DNA of 59,392 nucleotides from a bacterium (GTDB taxonomy: Bacteria > JADJOY01): the NCBI GenBank assembly GCA_046331705.1, contig JAXLQJ010000006.1, forward strand, positions 186,001-245,392, given 5' to 3'. This document shows, piece after piece, positions 20,466-28,792 of this stretch (position 1 is its first letter; every line of letters starts with the position of its first letter). A program made the translations under genes and the position numbers. The notes under the pieces are model-generated. The model was not told the origin of the DNA. It saw only the letters and a program-made list of their open reading frames with translations, and searched no databases.

Positions 20466-21043
20466 TGCATCCCCGCCGGACGAGTCGCGACGTCGAGGCC
20501 ATTCACCGTCGGCGCTTCCTGCGCGCGGGTGCGGCGTGCTCCTTGGGCGTGTTGCTGCCGTCGCTCGCCACGCCGGCGGCGGCCAAGCTGCGCACGGAGA
20601 AGCGCCGCGAGCTCTCGTTCGTGAACCTGCACACCGAGGAGTCGCTACGGACCGTGTACTGGGCGGACGGCCGCTACCAGCTCGACGGCCTCGAGGCCAT
20701 CGACCGGGTGCTGCGCGATCATCGAACCGGCGAGACCTTTCCCATCGACGTGGATCTGCTCGATCTGCTCGCGCAGCTTCGGCGCGAGCTCGGCACGCGC
20801 GCGCCGTTCCACGTGATCTCGGGCTATCGATCGCTCGCCACCAACCACATGCTGGCGGCGCAGAGCGATGGCGTCGCGTACGCCAGCTTGCACGTGGAAG
20901 GGAAGGCGATCGACATCCGCGTGCCGGATCGCCGCCTCAAGGACGTGCGCCGCGCCGCGCTCGCGCTCGAGTCGGGTGGCGTCGGGTATTACCCGGCGGA
21001 TCAGTTCGTGCACGTCGACGTCGGTCGCGTGCGCTGGTGGTGA
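20465..21043 (+). CDS. YcbK/DUF882 peptidase M15 family (MepK-like), Tat-exported
   Basis: RRRFL Tat motif, NLHTEE, LRDHRTG, ISGYRS, SLH...AIDI, GGVGYYP..FVHVDVG. TGATG coupling to the upstream gene. Confidence 0.92.
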   Translation: MHPRRTSRDVEAIHRRRFLRAGAACSLGVLLPSLATPAAAKLRTEKRRELSFVNLHTEESLRTVYWADGRYQLDGLEAIDRVLRDHRTGETFPIDVDLLDLLAQLRRELGTRAPFHVISGYRSLATNHMLAAQSDGVAYASLHVEGKAIDIRVPDRRLKDVRRAALALESGGVGYYPADQFVHVDVGRVRWW

Positions 21044-21123
21044 CGAGCGGCTGGATCGTCGATCGTTCGGCCGCCGCGCTCGCTTCGCGCTCGTGCGCCG
21101 TCGAAGCGCCGCGCGGGCGGCGC

Positions 21124-21510
21124 TCAGCTCACGCGCCCGAAGTCGTCCTGCAAGCGCACGATGTCGTCCTCGCCGAAATAGCTGCCGCGCTGCACCTCGA
21201 TGAACACCAGCGGCTCGCTGCCGGTGTTCTCGACGCGGTGCCGCGCACCCGCGGGGATCTCGACGTTGGCGCCCTCGTGGACCGGGATGGTGTCGTCGCC
21301 CCGGGTGACGACGCCGCGCCCGCTCACCACCGCCCAATGCTCGGCGCGCTGGTGGTGGTACTGAAGGCTCAAGCGCTTGCCCGGCGCGACGACGATGCGC
21401 TTCACCTTGTGATCGGGCTCGTCGGCCAGCACCACGTAATGGCCCCAAGGCCGATGCTCGGTGAATCCGGGCGCAAGCCGCTCGCCCGCGGCAGGCCGTT
21501 TCTCGTTCAT
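21124..21510 (-). CDS. Stand-alone mannose-6-phosphate isomerase type II C-terminal cupin
   Basis: RPWGHY, KVKRIVVAPGKRLSLQYHHQRAEHW, HRVEN, IEVQRGSYFGEDDIVRLQDDFGR. Confidence 0.92.
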   Translation of the reverse strand: MNEKRPAAGERLAPGFTEHRPWGHYVVLADEPDHKVKRIVVAPGKRLSLQYHHQRAEHWAVVSGRGVVTRGDDTIPVHEGANVEIPAGARHRVENTGSEPLVFIEVQRGSYFGEDDIVRLQDDFGRVS

Positions 21511-21656
21511 CGGCGCGCAGTCTATGAATGGGTGCGCGCCGTCGCAAGCAACGCGCGCCGGCGGGGATCTCCCGAGCAGCGCCATCAGTCCGTATGCTAG
21601 CCGCGCCGCGGCACGGCACCGCGCAGCACGCGCGGCACCACGGGGTCGGAGGGCCG

Positions 21657-22907
21657 ATGAAACGGCGAACGCGCGTGAAGCTCGGGATTGCGCTCGCGAC
21701 GGTCGGGTGCCTGGCCTCAAGCGGCTCGACACACGCCCAGGAGGAACCGGCGTTCCGCCCCAGCGCGCGAACGGAGCAGGGATTCGGCGGGCAGCGCCCG
21801 GGCGGTCCGAATGGCCCTCCCGGCCCGGGCGGTCACGAGGACGGCCCCGGCCCGCTCTTCGATGCGCTCGACACCAATCGCGACGGGACGCTCACCGAGA
21901 ACGAGGTGGTGAGCTTCGCCCGCGAACGGTTTCGAGAAGGCGTGCGAAACGGCGATACCAACCACGATGGCAAGCTCTCGCGCGACGAGTTCGACCACGC
22001 GGCCATGACCCTTCACGATCGAGGCCCCGGCGGTGGGCCGGGCGGGCCGGGCAATGGGCCAGGATTCGGTCCCAATGGGCGCGACGGCAATCCAGCCGAG
22101 CCACGCAGCGGCGCGGACATCATTCGTGCCCTGGATCGGGACGGCGATGGACGGATCACGGCAGCCGAGGTGCCGGAGCCGCACCGCGCAGGAGTGCTGA
22201 GCATGCTCGACAAGCTCGGGCGTGGACCGCGGGGCTACCTCACGGCGCAAGACTTGGACCGGATGGGACAGGTCGACAGGAGCGGGCGTGGTCCCGGTGG
22301 GCGGGGCGGACCGGGTGGGCAGGCTGAATCGGGAGGACCGGGCGGACCGGGAGGTCCCGGCGGACCCGGTGGCGCAGGTGGACCCCCGGGCCAGGGCGGC
22401 GATGGCGCCGGGTCGCGCCCCGATCCGGAGGCGATCTTCCGGCTCGTGGATCGCAACCGCGATGGACGGGTCGATCGCACCGAGGCCGAGCAAGCCCCAC
22501 CCGGGCCGCGCGCAGGAATGATGAGCCTGCTGGATCGAGAAGGAAAAGGGTCGATCACCAAGACCGAGTTCCTCGCGTCGTTCTCGGGAGGAGGTGGGGC
22601 GGAGAGCGAGCCGCGCGGCGGGTCGAACGGGCAGGAGCATTCGCCCGACGTCGACGGCCTCTTCCTGCACTACGATCGCAACGGCGATGGCAAGCTCACC
22701 GTGGCCGAGATCGACGGGCCCGAGAACGCGATGCTGCGCGATGCGCTCACGCGACTCGGCAAGGCGCAGGTCGGGGTCACGCGCGCCGAGCTCAAGCGAC
22801 TCTTCTCCCAGGGACTCGGCTCGCCGCCTCCCGAGGGCGACGCCGGTTCGCCGCCGCCGGGTGCCGCTGGTGGGCGCTCGAGGCCATCGTCGCCCGGCGG
22901 GCGCTGA
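21657..22907 (+). CDS. Secreted EF-hand domain protein with Gly/Pro-rich linkers
   Basis: Signal peptide; six EF-like loops (DTNRDGTLTENE, DTNHDGKLSRDE, DRDGDGRITAAE, DRNRDGRVDRTE, DREGKGSITKTE, DRNGDGKLTVAE); GGPGG repeats. Confidence 0.88.
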   Translation: MKRRTRVKLGIALATVGCLASSGSTHAQEEPAFRPSARTEQGFGGQRPGGPNGPPGPGGHEDGPGPLFDALDTNRDGTLTENEVVSFARERFREGVRNGDTNHDGKLSRDEFDHAAMTLHDRGPGGGPGGPGNGPGFGPNGRDGNPAEPRSGADIIRALDRDGDGRITAAEVPEPHRAGVLSMLDKLGRGPRGYLTAQDLDRMGQVDRSGRGPGGRGGPGGQAESGGPGGPGGPGGPGGAGGPPGQGGDGAGSRPDPEAIFRLVDRNRDGRVDRTEAEQAPPGPRAGMMSLLDREGKGSITKTEFLASFSGGGGAESEPRGGSNGQEHSPDVDGLFLHYDRNGDGKLTVAEIDGPENAMLRDALTRLGKAQVGVTRAELKRLFSQGLGSPPPEGDAGSPPPGAAGGRSRPSSPGGR

Positions 22908-22985
22908 TCCGTTGCCGCGGCCCGAGGCTGGAACCGTGCTGTTCGCTGGGCCGCGACGCCGCGGCGCACGGAGCGGAGCGACCGC

Positions 22986-24119
22986 ATGAGCGCTCGCCGC
23001 GTCTCTCGCTCCGCGTGGATCGCTCTCTCGGCGGGCGCCGCAGTGCTCGCCTCGAGCTGGATGGTCGAGCGTTGGGGCGCGCGCGACGGCGCGCGCTTCG
23101 GACGCGCGGGCGCGCCGGTCGACGTGGCGTTCTCGGCGAGCGGCGACCGGGTCTTCGTCGCCGCGGCGGAAGATCGCGCGATCTGGGTTCTCGACTCGGC
23201 CAGCGGGAGACGCGTGTCGCGCCAGGGGCTCGACCAGGCACCCACGGGGTTGGTGCCCGCGAGCGGGCCGCCGCTCTTGCCGCAGGTGCTCTTCACGCAA
23301 ACCACCGAGACCTGCGAGCTGCATCCCTTCCGCGAACGCACGCTGGCGAGCTGTCATCGGCCGGGTGACGCGGACGTCGAGAGCGCGCGGGACACCGTTC
23401 CGCTGGTGCTGGGCGCGGTGCGCGACGTGGACGGGAGCGTGGTGTTCGCCCTGGGACGCCTGCAGGGCGCGGAGCCCGTGGTGGAGCTGAGGCGCTACAC
23501 CGTCGAGCCCGTTCATCGCCAGCCGTGGTCGCTCCAGAAGTCCCGCTGGTTGCCCGTGCCGCGCGATTTCGCCTACGCCGAGCGCTGGCCGATGGTCGTG
23601 GACGAGGCGACGCGCCACGTGCTGCTGGCATTGCCGGGCACCTCGCAGCTGTGGGTGTTCGACACCGAGCTCGGGTTCCTGCGTTCGGTCGGGGTCGGGC
23701 CCGATCCACGGGGCTTGGCGGTCCTCGGCGATGCCGGGCAAGCCCTGGTCGCGGATGCCGAATTGGGTCAGGTGTGGAAGGTGGCGCTCGATTCGGGTGA
23801 GCTGCTCGCCAAGGTCGATGCGGGCGGGGGAGCGCGGGCCATTGCGTTCGATCCGCGGCGCGGCATCGCGTGGGTCGCCGCGAGTCACGCCGACGCGATT
23901 CTCGGCCTCGACCCGGGCTCGCTGCGAACGCTCGTCCGCCTGCCGACACGCGAAGGCACCCACGCGCTCGCCCTCGACGCGAGCGGTGGGCGCCTGATCG
24001 CGTCGAACACGCGCGACGGAACCGTCACGTGCTTCGGGCTCGGTGACGTCGGCGCCGCGGAGCGCGGCGCCACGGATCGTCGCACCGGTTTCCGCACGCT
24101 GTGGCAGGCGACGCCGTGA
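22986..24119 (+). CDS. YncE-like beta-propeller protein
   Basis: N-terminal hydrophobic segment; repeated blade motifs PVDVAFS, VGPDPRGLAV, ARAIAFDP, HALALD..GGRLIASN. Confidence 0.7.
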   Translation: MSARRVSRSAWIALSAGAAVLASSWMVERWGARDGARFGRAGAPVDVAFSASGDRVFVAAAEDRAIWVLDSASGRRVSRQGLDQAPTGLVPASGPPLLPQVLFTQTTETCELHPFRERTLASCHRPGDADVESARDTVPLVLGAVRDVDGSVVFALGRLQGAEPVVELRRYTVEPVHRQPWSLQKSRWLPVPRDFAYAERWPMVVDEATRHVLLALPGTSQLWVFDTELGFLRSVGVGPDPRGLAVLGDAGQALVADAELGQVWKVALDSGELLAKVDAGGGARAIAFDPRRGIAWVAASHADAILGLDPGSLRTLVRLPTREGTHALALDASGGRLIASNTRDGTVTCFGLGDVGAAERGATDRRTGFRTLWQATP

Positions 24120-25144
24120 TGCGGACGGCGCTCGCTGGGCTGCGGCGGGCGTGGGACGGGGTGGGAGCGTGGCTCGGGCCGGCTCGCTGGGCGCGCGCGG
24201 CCGCGTTGGTGTTGGCCTGGCTGGCGATCACCGACGTGGTGGTGGGCGGTTTCGGCGCGTTTCAGGCCGCGGTGAGCATGGGCGCGGCGGTGACCAGCCC
24301 CGGCGTGGTGGTGAGCCGGCTGGAGCCCTGCTTGCGAACGGCCCTGCTCGGCCTGGCCGCGCTGGCATGGCTGATCGAGCTGTGGCCCCGGCCGAACGAA
24401 GCGACGCTCGCGCACACCGAGCGCACCGCGCCGAGCCTCGGTCGAGCCAGTGCGCGCGTGCTCGGTGCGCTGGCGTTCCTGCTGGTGCTCGCCGGGTATC
24501 GCGACACGATGCGGGGCGAGGTCTTCGCGTCGGCCTTCGGCGAGGCGCAGTTCTGGGGAGATCTCGCGCTGGCGGACCTGGCTGGCCCCGGGACGTTCGC
24601 GCTGCTCGTGGCGGCGCTGCTGTGGGCGCTCGCGCGCTGGTCGAGCCCAGCGCCGAAGCCGGACGTGGTCCCGCCGCTGACGAGGTGCGCTGGCGGCGTC
24701 GAGCGCGTGGTCGGGCTCGGGCTCTATCTCGGCTGTCTGATCTCGCTCCGTCATTACCTGGAGCGTCTCGCGGGGCCACTCTACGGCTCGGCGCACGCGG
24801 TGGTGATCGAGGTCTGGCAGTGCTGGCTCGCGGCGCTGCTGGTCTTGGGAGTGGGATTGCCGGGAGCGTCGTTGGCCGAGCTCGGCGATTGGATGCGGCG
24901 GGTGTGGCGGCCGGTGGCGCTGCTCGTGGTGCTGGAGGCCGTGCGCGTGGTGTGGCAGGAGGATCGCTACCGCGGCTGGATGTGGATGGCGTCCGATCGT
25001 GTTCCGGTGCCGCCGGTCGCGGTGTTCCTGCGTGGGCGGGTCCACGAGTGGACGGGCATCCTGGTCAGCGGCGCGGCGACGTTGCTCGCGATCGCGGTGC
25101 TCGCGGGCTTGCGCCGGCGGCGCGCGCGGCCGGGGTCCCGATGA
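24119..25144 (+). CDS. Hypothetical polytopic membrane protein
   Basis: Multiple hydrophobic helices. The start overlaps the upstream TGA. Confidence 0.6.
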   Translation: MRTALAGLRRAWDGVGAWLGPARWARAAALVLAWLAITDVVVGGFGAFQAAVSMGAAVTSPGVVVSRLEPCLRTALLGLAALAWLIELWPRPNEATLAHTERTAPSLGRASARVLGALAFLLVLAGYRDTMRGEVFASAFGEAQFWGDLALADLAGPGTFALLVAALLWALARWSSPAPKPDVVPPLTRCAGGVERVVGLGLYLGCLISLRHYLERLAGPLYGSAHAVVIEVWQCWLAALLVLGVGLPGASLAELGDWMRRVWRPVALLVVLEAVRVVWQEDRYRGWMWMASDRVPVPPVAVFLRGRVHEWTGILVSGAATLLAIAVLAGLRRRRARPGSR

Positions 25145-25611
25145 GACGCGTCTTCGCGCTCGTCTTCGCGGCGGTGCGCGCCGTCGCGGCGCTCGCGATT
25201 CGAGCCGCGCTGGGGGCGCTGATCGTCGCGGTCGCGCTGCCGCTCGCGGGAGTCGTCGGCGGCGCAGCAGCGGCGCTCGATGGGCGCGCCGTGTCGTCCC
25301 TGGCGGGAATCCACGCCGCGCTGGCGGTGCTCGAGGTTGCAGGCTTCGCATGGCTCGCGATCGCGAGCCTGCGCGATGCCTGGCGAACGCTGGCCGAGGC
25401 TCGCGTCGCGGGCGCTGCGCCCGCCGGCGAGGAGAGCGAGGGCGTCGAGGTGTCGCGCGCGCTCGGCGCACGCCTCTGGCTGGTGGCGGGGTTGATCGCG
25501 CTGATGCTGTTGCGTGCCGCGTCGGCGCCGGCGCTCGAGCGTGAGGCGCTGCCCGCGACGCCTGCATCGGGGGACGGCGCGCGGATCGACCTCAGCCGAG
25601 CAGGTACTTGA
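25141..25611 (+). CDS. Hypothetical membrane protein
   Basis: ATGA overlap with the upstream gene; about three hydrophobic segments. Confidence 0.5.
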   Translation: MRRVFALVFAAVRAVAALAIRAALGALIVAVALPLAGVVGGAAAALDGRAVSSLAGIHAALAVLEVAGFAWLAIASLRDAWRTLAEARVAGAAPAGEESEGVEVSRALGARLWLVAGLIALMLLRAASAPALEREALPATPASGDGARIDLSRAGT

Positions 25612-27031
25612 CCAGGATGTTCGCCGTCGAGGCGAGTTGCCGGCGCCGCAGCCGCTTGAGGAAGAACCAGAGCTGCCGCGGTCGCAGGTAGAACCGCAGC
25701 ACCGCCCAGCGCTGGAGCGACTTGAGCTCCTTGCCGCTCAGCACGCCGTTGCCGACGGGTGTGTAGTAGCAGGCGTCGCGCGCCAGCTCCTCGATCACGT
25801 CGTCGTCCGATCGTCCCTGGAAATAGCGGTCCGCCTCGGCGCTGCCGGGCAGATACGAGAACACCGAGAAGTGCGCGAGGCTGAACGGCTTCGAAAGCGA
25901 GTAACGGATGGTGCGCTTCACCGATTCCCGCGACTCCCCCGGGAACCCCAGGATGAAGAGCCCGAGAACCTCGATGCCTTCCCGCGCCAGCGAGTCCACG
26001 ACGTCCTCGTTGCGGGCGAGCGTGAACTTCTTCTTGATGCGATCGAGGACGTCCTCGTCGCCGGTCTCGATGCCGAGCGAGAGCTGATAGCAGCCGGAGC
26101 GCTTCATGAGGCGCACGAGCTCCGGGTCGAGCCGGTCGATGCGGACGCCGTTGGGGCATTTCCACTGGAGGTCGAGGCCGCGCCGCAGGATCTCCTCGCA
26201 CACGCCTTCCACGTGCGAGCGCAGGATGTTGAAGACGTCGTCCTCGATGTGGAACTCGCGCACGCCGAAGCGGCGGTGGTGGTACTCCATCTCGTCCACC
26301 ACGCTGACGGCCGAGCGGTAGCGCATGGTGCGCCCGGTGAGCGTGGGGCTCGCGCAGAACGTACACTCGTACGGGCAACCCCTGGCGGTCATGATCGGCG
26401 CGATGGGGAAGCTGCGGTAGAGCAGCTGATGGGGATGCGGCGGATACTCCTCGAGCCCCATCAGGTCGAACGCCGGCCATGGCAGCTCGTCGAGGTTCTG
26501 GTTCCACGCGCCGCGCCCGTGACGCGAGAGCCCGGGCCCGCCGTTGCGATACGTGATCCCGGTGATGTCGGAGACGTCCACCGGCGAGTGGGCGCCGGCG
26601 GGCAGCGTGCGCAGATTCGAGTCGCGCAGCCGCTCCACGAGCGTCGGGAACGTGAGCTCGGACTCGCCGATGAAGCCGAAATGCGCGCCGAGGTTCGAGA
26701 CGCTGGCCTCGGGTAGCGCCGACACGTGCGGCCCGCCCACCGCGATCACCGGTGGGCTGGGCAACGATTGGAGATGCCGGATGACCTCACGCCCCGCGAG
26801 GTAGGTGGGCGTGGAGAGCGACACGCCCACCAGATCCGGCTTCCACGCGGCGATCGTCTCCGCGGAGCGCTCGGGCGGCTCGCGGCGTTTCTCGCAGTCG
26901 TGGATCGCGACCTCGACTCCCGGCAGCTTGCGCAGCGACGCCGCCAGGTAGGCGATCCCGAGGGGCGGATTGACGGTGATCGACCGCGTGCGCGGATAGA
27001 CCAGCATCACGCGGTAGTCGCTGTGGCTCAT
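25592..27031 (-). CDS. B12-binding domain radical SAM protein
   Basis: PPLGIAYLAA, VGGPHVS, GESE, TARGCPYECTFC, DDVF, CPNGVRID, FILGFPGE. Confidence 0.92.
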   Translation of the reverse strand: MSHSDYRVMLVYPRTRSITVNPPLGIAYLAASLRKLPGVEVAIHDCEKRREPPERSAETIAAWKPDLVGVSLSTPTYLAGREVIRHLQSLPSPPVIAVGGPHVSALPEASVSNLGAHFGFIGESELTFPTLVERLRDSNLRTLPAGAHSPVDVSDITGITYRNGGPGLSRHGRGAWNQNLDELPWPAFDLMGLEEYPPHPHQLLYRSFPIAPIMTARGCPYECTFCASPTLTGRTMRYRSAVSVVDEMEYHHRRFGVREFHIEDDVFNILRSHVEGVCEEILRRGLDLQWKCPNGVRIDRLDPELVRLMKRSGCYQLSLGIETGDEDVLDRIKKKFTLARNEDVVDSLAREGIEVLGLFILGFPGESRESVKRTIRYSLSKPFSLAHFSVFSYLPGSAEADRYFQGRSDDDVIEELARDACYYTPVGNGVLSGKELKSLQRWAVLRFYLRPRQLWFFLKRLRRRQLASTANILVKYLLG

Positions 27032-27140
27032 GGGCGCTCGGTGCTCGTGGAGGCGGCGGCTCGCCGGCGGAACGGCGCGGCCACCGGACCTCGCCCGGCG
27101 GGCCGACACCTGCGCGACCGCGCGCGTGGCTCGTCGTGCG

Positions 27141-28619
27141 CTAGGCGCCCGCGAGACCCGGGGCTGGCGCTCGCTCGCGGCCCCACGTGCCCAGGCCACC
27201 GCTCGACCCGCGGGTCTTGAGCGCCGAGCGAAGATTGTGCAGGAGGTAGACGGGGACGTTCCACAGGTTCACCACCCGGAGCACGTGCCAGAGCTTCCGC
27301 CAGCGCAGATAGAAGCGGCGGTAGGCCATGCGATGGAAGCGCTCCAACTCGGCGCGGGGCACGGATTCGAGCTCGAGCGCCGAGCCGATCTGCTTGCCGT
27401 AATGCCGCCAGTCGCGGCTCAGCAGCTTGAGCCCCCCCTCGCCGCGCTCCGCCATGTCCGCGACCTCGGTGCCGGGAAACGGCGACAGGATCGCGAAGCT
27501 CGCCGTGTCGGGATCGAGCTTCACGGCGAAGTCGATGGTCTGGCGGATGGTGGCCGGGGTCTCGTACGCGTTGCCGATGATGAAGTTGGTGTCGGGGCTG
27601 ATGCCGGCGCTGCGGGTCCAGTCGATGGCGAGCCGCGCCTTCTCGAGCGTGATCCCCTTCGCGATGCGGTTCAGCACGTCTTGATTGCCGGCCTCGATGC
27701 CGTAGCTGATGACCGCGCAGCCCGCGCGCTTCATCAGCGTCAGCAGCTCGGGGTCCACGCGGTCGACGCGCGTCTGGCAGATCCACGGCGCCCGCTCGGC
27801 GATGCGGGCCTCGACCAGCGCCGTGAGGATGCGCTCCACGTGGCTGCGCTTCATCGTGAACACCTCGTCGGTGAACACGAGCTGAGTGGCGCCGAGCTCC
27901 TCGATGTCGCGCATCACCTCGCCGAGCACGCTTTCCGGCGAGCGCGTGTAGAACCAATCTCCCGTGGATTTGTAGCAGAAATTGCACTGATACGGGCACC
28001 CGCGCGTGGTACACAACGTGAGCGGGCGGAAGCGTCGGCTGAAGAGCGTGTAGAAGCCGCGGTAGCGGTGCACCGGAAAGAGGTCGAAGGCGGGATAGGG
28101 CAGCGCGTCGAGGTTTCGGATGCGCGGGCGCGGGCCCTCGACCACGACCTCGTCGCCCTTGCGGTGCGCCATCCCCTCGATGCCGTCGGGGCTCTCGCCG
28201 TCGGCGATGCGCTCGAGGAGCTCGGCGGCGGTTTCCTCGCCTTCGCCGAACACCGCGTAGTCGAGGACCGGGAAGGCCTCCAGCGTCTCCTTCGGGACCG
28301 CGCTGGCGTGCGAGCCGCCCACGGCGATCCGCACCGTGGGATCGATGCCGCGGAACGCCCGAGCGGTGTCCTCGACCTCGTGGATCTGGTAGGTGGTGGC
28401 GCTGAAGCCGACGAATTGCGGGCGGAAGTCCTCGAAGCGAGCGCACACGTCTTCGAGCGTGAGCTGCTCCGCGGGAGCGTCGACGACGCGCACGTCGTGG
28501 CCGGCGTTGCGCAGCACGGCAGCCACGTAGCCGATGCCGATGTGCGGCAGGACCTCCTTGAACCCCACGTCGCGCTGCCCGTGAAGCTTGAGCGGCGGCT
28601 CGAGGAGCATCACGCGCAT
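27141..28619 (-). CDS. B12-binding domain radical SAM protein
   Basis: PHIGIGYVAA, GGSHAS, GEGE, TTRGCPYQCNFC, DEVF, YGIEAG, FIIG. An upstream ATG at 28682 is also possible. Confidence 0.92.
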   Translation of the reverse strand: MRVMLLEPPLKLHGQRDVGFKEVLPHIGIGYVAAVLRNAGHDVRVVDAPAEQLTLEDVCARFEDFRPQFVGFSATTYQIHEVEDTARAFRGIDPTVRIAVGGSHASAVPKETLEAFPVLDYAVFGEGEETAAELLERIADGESPDGIEGMAHRKGDEVVVEGPRPRIRNLDALPYPAFDLFPVHRYRGFYTLFSRRFRPLTLCTTRGCPYQCNFCYKSTGDWFYTRSPESVLGEVMRDIEELGATQLVFTDEVFTMKRSHVERILTALVEARIAERAPWICQTRVDRVDPELLTLMKRAGCAVISYGIEAGNQDVLNRIAKGITLEKARLAIDWTRSAGISPDTNFIIGNAYETPATIRQTIDFAVKLDPDTASFAILSPFPGTEVADMAERGEGGLKLLSRDWRHYGKQIGSALELESVPRAELERFHRMAYRRFYLRWRKLWHVLRVVNLWNVPVYLLHNLRSALKTRGSSGGLGTWGRERAPAPGLAGA

Positions 28620-28718
28620 CGAGCGACGAGCAACGCGGTGGGATGCGGCCGAGCCCACGCCGCCGATCGATCGATCCGACATGTAGATCCCGCAACGGGG
28701 AAAAGGGAGGCGACGGCC

Positions 28719-28748
28719 ATTGTCGAGTCACCCCGCGAGGAGTGTCAA
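28719..28748 (-). promoter_or_regulatory. Putative sigma70 promoter for the two radical SAM genes
   Basis: The minus strand reads TTGACA-N18-GACAAT. Confidence 0.45.
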
Positions 28749-28792
28749 GGCGCGAAACCGCCGGTTGGCGCGGGACGGCGCGCGCCCGGAGG

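Noticed and set aside
22290-22400. GGACCGGG-type DNA repeats
   Set aside because: They are explained by the GGPGG low-complexity linker of the EF-hand protein.
28685-28760. Cobalamin riboswitch (AAAAGGGA..GCCATTG) near the radical SAM genes
   Set aside because: It is on the wrong strand for the adjacent gene, and the other conserved riboswitch elements are missing.
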